Shown piece by piece: positions 40,520 through 49,217 of a stretch of DNA of 64,000 nt. The notes beneath the pieces were generated by a model. The model ran no database searches. It saw nothing but the letters and a program-made list of their open reading frames with translations, and had not been told where the DNA came from. How positions within the stretch are numbered: the stretch's first letter is position 1; every line of letters begins with the position of its first letter. This stretch comes from a virus. Its lineage: Duplodnaviria > Caudoviricetes. The stretch spans positions 3,472-67,471 of the IMG/VR virus record IMGVR_UViG_2654588115_000002. One strand, given 5' to 3'. The position numbers and the translations under genes are program-made.

Positions 40520-41234
40520 ATTTTGGAACTGGGTGCGTGACTCCGATACGGGGGAGCGCACTCTTGTGCTTAATGGCACTATTGCCGAAGATTCCTGGTT
40601 TGGTGATGAGGTCACGCCGGGAATCTTCCGGGATGAGTTGATGCGGTGCGATGGTAATATCACGGTCTGGATTAACAGTCCAGGCGGGGATGTCTTCGCA
40701 GCGGCGCAAATCTACAATATGCTGATGGACTACAAGGGAGATGTTACCGTTCGTATTGACGGACTTGCTGCTTCGGCTGCTACCATGATTGCCATGGCGG
40801 GCGGAACGGTGGAAATGTCACCGGTGGGAATGTTCATGATTCACAATCCCAGCACAGCCGTCATCGGCAACACCAAGGAAATGCGGGCGGCCATTCAGAT
40901 GCTGGATGAGGTAAAGGACAGCATCATCAATGCCTATGAATTGAAGACTGGTTTGCCCCGCCAGCAGCTGTCCGACCTTATGGATGCGGAAAGCTGGATG
41001 AACGCCAAGAAGGCAGTGGAACTGGGCTTTGCTGACAAAATTCTCTTTGCTGGGGCAGATGAGGAAAAGCAGTCTGAGGGTGTGGAGGCTATGCTCTTTT
41101 CCAGGCGGGCGGTCACCAATTCACTCATCGATAAAATCAAGGCGCAGTCCCAACAGTTCATCAAGGCCGCTGAGCCGGATAGCCGTGTATCTGCAGACGC
41201 ACTTAGGAGCCGTCTGAATCTTATCGTTCACTGA
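40506..41234 (+). CDS. ClpP-like head maturation protease
   Basis: 'INSPGGDVF', 'DGLAASAA', 'MIHNP', 'AVELGFAD'. Confidence 0.92.
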   Translation: MKKRKFWNWVRDSDTGERTLVLNGTIAEDSWFGDEVTPGIFRDELMRCDGNITVWINSPGGDVFAAAQIYNMLMDYKGDVTVRIDGLAASAATMIAMAGGTVEMSPVGMFMIHNPSTAVIGNTKEMRAAIQMLDEVKDSIINAYELKTGLPRQQLSDLMDAESWMNAKKAVELGFADKILFAGADEEKQSEGVEAMLFSRRAVTNSLIDKIKAQSQQFIKAAEPDSRVSADALRSRLNLIVH

Positions 41235-41249
41235 TTGGAGGAATTATTT

Positions 41250-42437
41250 ATGGCAAACGTAATGGAACTTCGTATTAAGAGAGCACAGCTTTGGGAAGGT
41301 GCCAAGGCATTTCTGGATAGCCACACCGACAAGGACGGCAAGCTGTCTGCCGAGGATGCTGCTGCCTACGACAAGATGGAGGCAAATGTTGTGGCGCTGG
41401 GCAAGGAAATCGAACGTCTGGAGCGTCAGGCAGCGATTGATGCCGAGCTTGCCAAGCCAACAACAGAACCGATTGTCAACAAGCCTGCCGCCGCAGTGTC
41501 GGAGAAGAAGGGCAGGGCAGCAGATGAATATCGCCAGGCTATGATTGCCGCCATCCGCAGCAACTTCCGCAACGTGTCCAACGTTCTGCAGGAAGGTGTT
41601 GATGCCGATGGCGGTTATTTGGTGCCGGAGGAAATGGACAGTCGACTCATTGATGTGCTGACTGAGGAGAACATCATGCGCAACCTCGGCACTAAGATTA
41701 CCACCAGTGGTGAGCGCAAAATCAACATCGCCGCCACCAAGCCTGCCGCATCCTGGATTGAGGAGGGCGGTACGCTGAGTTTTGGTGATGCCAGTTTTGA
41801 CCAGATTATCATGGATGCCTATAAGCTCCACGTGGCAATCAAGGTCACGGAAGAATTGCTTTATGATAATGCCTTCAATCTGGAGAGCTACATCATCCAG
41901 CAGTTCGGCAAGGCCATCTCCAATGCCGAGGAGGATGCCTTCCTCAACGGTGATGGCAACCACAAACCCACTGGCTTGCTGACCAGCGCAGCAACCGGTG
42001 TGACCACCTCAGGGGCAAGCATCACAGCAGATGAATTGATTTCTTTGGTGTATTCCCTCAAGCGTCCTTATCGCAAGAACGCTGCCTTTATCATCAACGA
42101 CCAGACGCTGTCTGTTATTCGCAAACTGAAGGATGCCAATCAGGCATACATCTGGCAGCCCTCCTACCAGGCTGGGGAGCCGGATCGCCTGCTGGGCTAT
42201 GCTCTGCACACTTCGCCCTATATGCCGACCGTTGCGGCGGGCAAGTCAGTCATCGCCTTTGGTGATTACTCCTACTACAACATCGGCGACCGTGGTACTC
42301 GTTCCCTGCAGGAACTCAAGGAGCTCTTTGCAGGCAACGGCATGGTGGGCTTTGTGATGAAGGAGCGAGTGGATGGCAAGCTGGTGCTGCCGGAGGCGGT
42401 GCAGACGCTGAAAATCAAGGGTACGGATAAGGGCTGA
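41250..42437 (+). CDS. major capsid protein (HK97 fold)
   Basis: Coiled-coil delta domain, 'DGGYLVPEE', 'AFLNGDG..KPTG', 'FGDYSYY'. Confidence 0.95.
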   Translation: MANVMELRIKRAQLWEGAKAFLDSHTDKDGKLSAEDAAAYDKMEANVVALGKEIERLERQAAIDAELAKPTTEPIVNKPAAAVSEKKGRAADEYRQAMIAAIRSNFRNVSNVLQEGVDADGGYLVPEEMDSRLIDVLTEENIMRNLGTKITTSGERKINIAATKPAASWIEEGGTLSFGDASFDQIIMDAYKLHVAIKVTEELLYDNAFNLESYIIQQFGKAISNAEEDAFLNGDGNHKPTGLLTSAATGVTTSGASITADELISLVYSLKRPYRKNAAFIINDQTLSVIRKLKDANQAYIWQPSYQAGEPDRLLGYALHTSPYMPTVAAGKSVIAFGDYSYYNIGDRGTRSLQELKELFAGNGMVGFVMKERVDGKLVLPEAVQTLKIKGTDKG

Positions 42438-42487
42438 TGGTTCTGGGAGGTGTATCTCGTTGATGCACCTCTCATATTTTAGAGGGG

Positions 42488-42772
42488 GTGGTTCAATTGA
42501 TTGTTTCCCTGCCAAAAGCCAAGAAATATCTCCGCATTGATACGGATGATGAGGATGACATCGTCCGCAAGCTCCTGCGGGCGGCTGAAAAACTTTGTAT
42601 GGATGTGGCAAGGCTGGAGCAGGAGGAATTCAAAGCCTGTGGGCCTATAGCCAAAACGGCAGTGCTATATACCGTAGGCTATCTATATGAGCACCGGGAC
42701 GAGGCTGATCATAGGGCACTTACCATGACGCTCCGCTCCCTGCTTATGGGCATTCGCCGGGAGGGCTTCTGA
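42488..42772 (+). CDS. head-tail connector (gp6-like)
   Basis: 'AKKYLRID.DDED', 'YLYEHR'. Confidence 0.85.
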   Translation: MVQLIVSLPKAKKYLRIDTDDEDDIVRKLLRAAEKLCMDVARLEQEEFKACGPIAKTAVLYTVGYLYEHRDEADHRALTMTLRSLLMGIRREGF

Positions 42773-42773
42773 T

Positions 42774-43112
42774 ATGTATGTATCTTTGAGCGAACTTAGG
42801 CAGCGGGTCAAGATACTCAGGCCTGTGACAGAGGAAGATGAGGTTGGTAATCTCATTGAGCGTGGTAGGACGGAGCTTGCCACTGTATGGGCAAAGGTGC
42901 TGCCATATGCTACCAGAATCTCGGATGGCTATGCTGAAAAGGTGGATGAGGTATCTTATCGCGTGGTTATTCGTTATCGAGAAGGCATCCAGGTAACGGA
43001 CATCCTGGAGTGGCGCGGCAAGACGCTGATCATGTCAGCACCGCCTTACGCTTTGGATGGCCTGCGGAAGTACCTCGTTATGGAGACGAAGGAGTTGGTG
43101 GAGGATGGCTAA
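42774..43112 (+). CDS. head closure protein
   Basis: 'LRQRVKI', 'TVWAKV', 'VIRYR'; synteny. Confidence 0.8.
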   Translation: MYVSLSELRQRVKILRPVTEEDEVGNLIERGRTELATVWAKVLPYATRISDGYAEKVDEVSYRVVIRYREGIQVTDILEWRGKTLIMSAPPYALDGLRKYLVMETKELVEDG

Positions 43113-43488
43113 ACGCTACCAATCTGCAGAAGCGATTCTGAGGGAACTGGGTGATAATGCCACCCAGGCCGCCAAGTCAGCACTGGCAGATGGTGTGGAA
43201 TTGGTCGTGAAGGAGGCCAAGGAACGATGCCCGGTCTATAAGGGGCATGATAGTCGTGTGGTCAAAGGAGCGTTGAAGAATTCCATCCATGCGGTAAAGC
43301 TGAAGGGCGGTGCCAAGTACAAAATCATTGCCGATGCCGTGTCACATGATGGTATCTTCTACGGCAAACTAGTAGAGTTTAGCCCCAAAATCAATAAACC
43401 TTTTATGTATCCGGCACTGGATGCTCAACGGGATACAGTCCGAAAGCTAATCGTCGAAGCGGTACAGAAGGCGGTGCGGAAGAAATGA
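43105..43488 (+). CDS. HK97 gp10-like tail completion protein
   Basis: 'GALKNSI', 'YGKLVEF', 'PFMYPAL'. Confidence 0.8.
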   Translation: MAKRYQSAEAILRELGDNATQAAKSALADGVELVVKEAKERCPVYKGHDSRVVKGALKNSIHAVKLKGGAKYKIIADAVSHDGIFYGKLVEFSPKINKPFMYPALDAQRDTVRKLIVEAVQKAVRKK

Positions 43489-43856
43489 GCATCAAGGAAA
43501 AAGTGTATAAGGCACTATCGGGGAGTAAGGAACTGACATCTTTGCTGGTGAAAGACAGGCGGTGCCGGTGTGTCTATCCGGGAATCAGCCCCAACGCAGG
43601 CAGCTATCCCATCCTTGTTTACAACGTTATCTCGGATGTCCCGGCTTTGGTAGCTGATGGTGAAGAGATGGAGCGGCGGGTGACTGTGCGGATTCAGATT
43701 CTTACCAAGGATGGGCGGTATGCACCTATCTGTACCATCGTGAATAAGGTTATGATGGGACTGGGCTTTATGCGCAAACAGACAACAGAATTGGCAGAGA
43801 AAGATTTATTCGTGCTCTGCCTGGATTACACAATTGGGATTGGAGTGGATGAATAA
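43485..43856 (+). CDS. tail terminator-like protein
   Basis: Synteny; 'YPILVY', 'VMMGLGF.R'. Confidence 0.65.
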   Translation: MSIKEKVYKALSGSKELTSLLVKDRRCRCVYPGISPNAGSYPILVYNVISDVPALVADGEEMERRVTVRIQILTKDGRYAPICTIVNKVMMGLGFMRKQTTELAEKDLFVLCLDYTIGIGVDE

Positions 43857-44443
43857 TGGCAGAAGTTAAACCGACCAGCAGATTGGTCAGCGGACAGTTT
43901 ATCAATATCCAGCGGCTTCATGTAGCGAAGTTGCTCTCAGATGAGGCGGGCGGTACGGCAAGCTACGATACACCGGTGGACTTGGGTAAGGTGCTCCGCA
44001 GTATCGACATCAAGCCGTCGAATTCCAGTGCAGACCTTTATGCGGATGGTCAGTCTATCGACACGGCCACCAACACGGCATCGTATGAACTGACCTTCGA
44101 TACGGCAGCTCTGCCTCTGGAATATGTGGCATATCTCTTGGGGCATAAGTGTGAGAATGGTGTGATGGTAGCCAACAAGGACGATGTGGCACCTTACTTT
44201 GCCGTGATGTTTCAGAGTGACAAGCGAAACGGCAGTAGAAGATACACCAAGTTTTTTAAAGTAATGTTCCAAGAGCCCTCCGTCAAGGGTTCCACAAAGG
44301 AAGCGAACATTTCCTACCAGACACCGACATTGACGGCCAAGGCAATTTATAGACTGTCGGATGGGAACTCTTACACCTATGCCGATACGGAAAGTTCCGG
44401 CTTTGAAGCGGAAACTGCCACCAATTGGTACACCAGCGTTTGA
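43856..44443 (+). CDS. major tail protein
   Basis: 'LYAD', 'APYFAVMF', 'YQTPTL'; synteny. Confidence 0.85.
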   Translation: MAEVKPTSRLVSGQFINIQRLHVAKLLSDEAGGTASYDTPVDLGKVLRSIDIKPSNSSADLYADGQSIDTATNTASYELTFDTAALPLEYVAYLLGHKCENGVMVANKDDVAPYFAVMFQSDKRNGSRRYTKFFKVMFQEPSVKGSTKEANISYQTPTLTAKAIYRLSDGNSYTYADTESSGFEAETATNWYTSV

Positions 44444-44457
44444 GGGAGGTCTTATAG

Positions 44458-44772
44458 ATGGATACACCGCAGCTCAAAATCAATGGAAAAATCATCCAGC
44501 CCGCCCCGCCCAAGATGAGGGTATGGCGGGAGTTTTTAGCATTCTTTGACAAGGATAAGGGCAAGATGACCGTGGAGGACTTCCTCGCGGAGCATATTGC
44601 CCTTATTGTTTTGGCATTTAATCAGCCGGAAGTTACTAAGGAATCGCTGGATGACACCTTAGATATTGCCGAGGTCGTGCCTTTTACGAGAGAGCTATTT
44701 CAATGGCTCCAGGCACAGACATTCGCCAAATTGGTAAATCTCCCAAACGAGGAAACGGAGGCGGGGGAATAG
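44458..44772 (+). CDS. tail assembly chaperone (gpG-like)
   Basis: Lies between major tail and tape measure; slippery C CCA AAC near the 3' end. Confidence 0.75.
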   Translation: MDTPQLKINGKIIQPAPPKMRVWREFLAFFDKDKGKMTVEDFLAEHIALIVLAFNQPEVTKESLDDTLDIAEVVPFTRELFQWLQAQTFAKLVNLPNEETEAGE

Positions 44773-44945
44773 ACCTGTCTCCGTACCAGAATCTGCTGCT
44801 GTATTATGAGCGGCTCCAGAGTGCTTATGGCTGGACGATGCAGGAGGTAGATGACCATGACATAGCTTTTCTCCTCGATCAACTGCTAGTTCTAAGCCTG
44901 ACGGATGGCCATAAAGACCAGAAATACATTGATGATGTCCTGTAG
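44742..44945 (+). CDS. gpT-like extension reached by -1 frameshift
   Basis: The -1 frame is open across CCCAAAC (44742-44748) to 44945; 'YGWTMQEVD' typical. Confidence 0.65.
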   Translation, partial: PKRGNGGGGIDLSPYQNLLLYYERLQSAYGWTMQEVDDHDIAFLLDQLLVLSLTDGHKDQKYIDDVL

Positions 44946-44956
44946 GAGGCGGGCGG

Positions 44957-47560
44957 ATGGCAAAGCGTGGACAAGAAATAGATGAATTATATATCAGCCT
45001 TGGCCTGGATATTGCCCGGCTCCAGTTGGACTTTGACACAGCGGGCAAGACGGTATCCCAAGCGGTGTCCCGGCTGAATACCAGAACAAATCAGATAAAG
45101 CTGAAGATGGATGTTGACCTGGCAAAGTTGGATGGCGTTGGCTCGGAACTGGATAAACTGAAGGTCAAGCATGAGGCGATTAACCGTCAGCTGGATTTAC
45201 AACGGAGTAAGGAAGAAATTCTTGTAGCCGTTTTGCGGGAAGCGCAAGCAAACAGCGGAGCAGGCAGTGAGATTGCCCAAAGAGCTCAGAGCAATCTGCT
45301 GAAGCAACAGAAAGTTGTGGCGCAGACAGAGGCCGAGGTTCGCAGACTGACCATCGAGATGACCAGACTAGGCGGTGTCATAATTCAGAATACCAGCAAG
45401 GCTGGAGCTTTTGGCACTGCAATGAGGGCTGGCATGAACCGGGCAAAAATTGGTGTGGACAATCTCTTGAGCGGCTTTACGATGCTGTCGGTCAAGGCAG
45501 CAGCAGTAATGGCTGTGTTCTCCACGGGAGCTGGTCTGTTTAATCTTACCAAAGGAGCGATGGAATCCGGGGAGAGTCTTTATCGACTTACGAAGCGACT
45601 GCATACCACAGCTGCTGAGGCTGGTCAGCTTAATCGTACCTTCCAACTGGCAGGGATGGATGTGTCATCCATTATTCCGCTTATTGCGCGATTGGATAAG
45701 CAGGTGGAAACCGCTGGGGAGACAGGCAATATAACCACCCAAGCTATGGAGCGGTTTGGTATGTCCATCCTTGACCAAGCTGGTAATCTCCTGCCATTGA
45801 ATGAACAACTCGACCAATTAGCCAAAGGCTACAAAAATGCCATGGAGTCTGGGCAGGAGGAAGCCTATACTGCAGAAGTCCTTGGTGCCAGAGGGGCGGC
45901 CTTGATTCCGCTATTGGAGCAATATGATGAGCTGATGGAAGTGGCGGGGAGCGTCAAGACAACAGGGCTGCTTAATCCGGAGGAAAGCCACAAGACCTGG
46001 CTACAATGGAAAGCCATGGAAATGGAAGTTGGTCAGTTGAAAGCAGCCATTGGCACAGCACTCCTGCCACTTAGTATGGAACTTCTACCGGAAGTTACGG
46101 ATGGCTTCAGAAATTTGGTGGAAGAAATCCAGTCTAACAAAGATTCCATCAAAGATGCCATCTCCGGCTGGGGTTCGGCACTTAAGACTGTCGCTGAAGC
46201 ATTGGTATTTGTGGGTGAGCAGTTTAAGGTGGTTTCCGATCATGCCAAGGCCAATAAATGGCTGATTGAAAATCACCCGGCAGCATCACCGCTTATTGCA
46301 GTGCCCATCGCTGGTGGTGCTGTTCTCGACAAGATGTATGGGGACGAGTACAAGGCCTATCTGGAAGAACAAAAAGCCCTTGAGGAAAAGGCCAAGGCTG
46401 AAAAACAGGCGGCTGCAGAAGCGGAGAAAAACAAACAGGCCCAGGAGGCCAATACCAGAGCCAGCCGTTCCCGTACTGCCGCTGAGAAACAGGCCGCCAA
46501 GACAACGCAGGAAGCCGCTAAGGCCAATGCCCAGTTAACGGAGTCCCTATACGAGCTTACTCATAACGAACTGGAAAACTCCTTGCATTCAGTCAATCGA
46601 GAGATTAAGGAATTGCAGGAGAGGGGTGCCGATGCCAAGCTGCTGGATGAGTATAAGCTGGCCAAACAAGCCAAGGTTTACGAGGACTTCCAGCGGAATG
46701 TGGTGGACAGCACACAGGCTGTTTACCGTACGGATTTACAGAATCAGCTGGCTAATATTGATAGAGAAGCACAAGCCTATCGGCAGAAAGGCTTGGACGA
46801 GGTCAGTGCTGCAAGCTGGGCAGAGGCAAGCAAAGCGAAAATCAGGGAGCAGTGGGAAAATGAAATTGCATCAAAAATTGACTCTGTTTGGAAGACAGAG
46901 CTACAAAATCGCCTTGATGATATCGAGCGGGAGAAACAAGCATGGATACAAAAAGGGCTGGATGAAGTCAAGGCGACGCAATGGGCTGAAAAAGAGAAGA
47001 TTGACGCCAAAAGGAATGCGGCATTACAGGTACTGCAGGCGCAGAAGGAAGAATTTCAAGCGTATCTGGCGGGCGGTCAGCAAGGCCTAGCCGCGTATTA
47101 CAAGGAGGTTCATGGCTTTACCATGGATGACCTCCGTATGACACCGGAACAGCTAGAGGGGTTCCAGCGTGCGCGGAAGGATATGCTGGAAAACCTCTTG
47201 CCGAATTTCCGCGATCCTGCAGTCATTGCTGCTGAGCAACAACGCATGAAGGATAGTTTTCAAATGAGTGTGGAGGGCAGGGATTATACATACGATGAGG
47301 TTATGGGCAATATGCAGACGGAAGTCAAAGGCATACGGGAACAAATGGATAAGCTCGGTTCATCGGCTGCCCTTCAGAATGAATCTGGGCAGGCTGCCTT
47401 ACAGACTGTTACGAACGCTCCGCATCTTGAGGTCAATGTAAATATCGATACTGCCGTCACCCAGGATAGCGAAAGCATGAGCCGCCTGGCTGATCAGGTG
47501 GCCGATAAGATAACGCCTGTGGTGGAGCAGGCATTAGGGAGTGGTGAACTTGCATATTGA
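44957..47560 (+). CDS. tape measure protein
   Basis: 867 aa, Ala/Gln/Glu-rich helical protein after the chaperones. Confidence 0.85.
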   Translation: MAKRGQEIDELYISLGLDIARLQLDFDTAGKTVSQAVSRLNTRTNQIKLKMDVDLAKLDGVGSELDKLKVKHEAINRQLDLQRSKEEILVAVLREAQANSGAGSEIAQRAQSNLLKQQKVVAQTEAEVRRLTIEMTRLGGVIIQNTSKAGAFGTAMRAGMNRAKIGVDNLLSGFTMLSVKAAAVMAVFSTGAGLFNLTKGAMESGESLYRLTKRLHTTAAEAGQLNRTFQLAGMDVSSIIPLIARLDKQVETAGETGNITTQAMERFGMSILDQAGNLLPLNEQLDQLAKGYKNAMESGQEEAYTAEVLGARGAALIPLLEQYDELMEVAGSVKTTGLLNPEESHKTWLQWKAMEMEVGQLKAAIGTALLPLSMELLPEVTDGFRNLVEEIQSNKDSIKDAISGWGSALKTVAEALVFVGEQFKVVSDHAKANKWLIENHPAASPLIAVPIAGGAVLDKMYGDEYKAYLEEQKALEEKAKAEKQAAAEAEKNKQAQEANTRASRSRTAAEKQAAKTTQEAAKANAQLTESLYELTHNELENSLHSVNREIKELQERGADAKLLDEYKLAKQAKVYEDFQRNVVDSTQAVYRTDLQNQLANIDREAQAYRQKGLDEVSAASWAEASKAKIREQWENEIASKIDSVWKTELQNRLDDIEREKQAWIQKGLDEVKATQWAEKEKIDAKRNAALQVLQAQKEEFQAYLAGGQQGLAAYYKEVHGFTMDDLRMTPEQLEGFQRARKDMLENLLPNFRDPAVIAAEQQRMKDSFQMSVEGRDYTYDEVMGNMQTEVKGIREQMDKLGSSAALQNESGQAALQTVTNAPHLEVNVNIDTAVTQDSESMSRLADQVADKITPVVEQALGSGELAY

Positions 47561-47882
47561 GATTGATGGCCATCGTTCACTGTCCGTAGAGAGCTGGAAC
47601 GTACTGCCGGATGACCGCCAGCAGACTGTAGAGGTCCTGGGTGGCACGGTGGTGCAGGATTTCGGGCATTTAGAGAGCGGGGATAAATACAGCTGTACGG
47701 CAGATTTTTTGTTGTCAGACTGGCAGGCCATAAAGAAGTTATGGAATGACCGTACTTTGGTCAACGTCAAGGACGAGGCCGGTATTGTCCATACGAAGAT
47801 GCGCGTGGTGGTGAAGGGCTACAGCTATATGAATCACTTCCCGCGCTGCTATAAAGTGAATTTGGAATTTTGGAGGGTTTAG
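47541..47882 (+). CDS. putative distal tail protein
   Basis: Synteny after tape measure. Confidence 0.55.
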   Translation: MVNLHIEIDGHRSLSVESWNVLPDDRQQTVEVLGGTVVQDFGHLESGDKYSCTADFLLSDWQAIKKLWNDRTLVNVKDEAGIVHTKMRVVVKGYSYMNHFPRCYKVNLEFWRV

Positions 47883-47885
47883 ATA

Positions 47886-48302
47886 ATGGAAAATCAGCTG
47901 CATATCTATATGAACAATCCCACGGCAGGAAAGACAGATGGTACAGAGGCTTCAAGCGGGACGGGGCTTACTCCTATTTCTGTTACATTAGATGCCAGCA
48001 AGGCTGAATCGGCGGCGGTGAAATGTGCCGTAAGATGTGATGATGGCTACAAGATTGACGGTGATGTGACGGTCAGCCTTAAGGGCACGAGTTCAGCTAA
48101 ATGGAAATTGGCAAAGGATAATGACTTCGCTGATAGCCAATCGGCTTTAGAGGGTGCAGTCTGGCAGGATAAAATCACACTGGCAGATGTAGCGGATGGC
48201 AATGTCATTTTCTGGGCAAAGGCTATGAGCTCGAAAGATGAACCGCCCCAGAAGGATACCAGCGTTAGCATTGAAGCTGTGGGAAAGGTCGTGGTGGAAT
48301 GA
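47886..48302 (+). CDS. tail-region hypothetical protein
   Basis: Beta-rich ORF coupled to its neighbours. Confidence 0.6.
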   Translation: MENQLHIYMNNPTAGKTDGTEASSGTGLTPISVTLDASKAESAAVKCAVRCDDGYKIDGDVTVSLKGTSSAKWKLAKDNDFADSQSALEGAVWQDKITLADVADGNVIFWAKAMSSKDEPPQKDTSVSIEAVGKVVVE

Positions 48303-49216
48303 GCTTCAAATATCTGAATCCTGGTTTTGCTGAATGGCTGAATACTAATGCCGGAACAACAGTAAGTAGCTACGAATATAACCGCTATGGCGGGGTGGCG
48401 TTTTGGAACAAGCAGAACAAGGCGGATGTGGAACTGCCCGAGGCATCGGTCAAACACTTATATATCAAGGCATCCTTTTGGATTAGCGATCAGCCGGAGG
48501 GCAAGGGATATTTTGAGATTAGTTCTGCCAATAAAGATGGCTCGAAAGGCACTGGCTTTGGAGGGTACAGAAGCTACGGCGACTGGGCTATTTATCGCTA
48601 TAGCGACGGGGAAATCAATACGATATCCAAAGTTACCTGCATAAGATACGGAAAAATGAACGATATCCTTATTCATATCAACAAGGATACTAATGGTGCA
48701 GCGAAATTGACGTTGACGTTGAACGGTACAGTCATATATGACGGTCAAAGCTGGGATTTTGACATACGAGGCTATGTGAAGCTTAAAAGCGAGGCTTTCG
48801 ATCTGTTGCTATCCAATATCATTATTTCTGACCAACCTATTGACATCAAGGAGAGGGTTGTGCCGCTGAAGGTTAAGACAATTGAGACGGACTTGCCCGT
48901 TGATGATGACGGCAACTACATAACCTCCGAGCCGGACAAGACTGTACTCTATACATTAGATGCCAGTGATGTCATAGAGCGTTTTGGTGATGATTTTCAG
49001 ATAACGGGCATGGGGGTTGCTTGTGTTCCCGGCTATTCCACAGGTGATGCGGTGACGAAGATTACAGGTATTCGCAAGGATCAGCAGGGCGAAAAAGAAC
49101 TGGGGAGTGTTCGTCTTTCCGCGGAAAAGAACGGAAAAGCGGTGCTGGGGACGGCCATAGACATGTCATTGGCTGATTTGCAGGCTAGTCAGTTCGGCAT
49201 AAAGACGGGAGCTTGA
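48299..49216 (+). CDS. tail-region protein, possible receptor-binding/lectin-like
   Basis: Aromatic, beta-rich middle section; synteny only. Confidence 0.5.
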   Translation: MSFKYLNPGFAEWLNTNAGTTVSSYEYNRYGGVAFWNKQNKADVELPEASVKHLYIKASFWISDQPEGKGYFEISSANKDGSKGTGFGGYRSYGDWAIYRYSDGEINTISKVTCIRYGKMNDILIHINKDTNGAAKLTLTLNGTVIYDGQSWDFDIRGYVKLKSEAFDLLLSNIIISDQPIDIKERVVPLKVKTIETDLPVDDDGNYITSEPDKTVLYTLDASDVIERFGDDFQITGMGVACVPGYSTGDAVTKITGIRKDQQGEKELGSVRLSAEKNGKAVLGTAIDMSLADLQASQFGIKTGA

Positions 49217-49217
49217 T

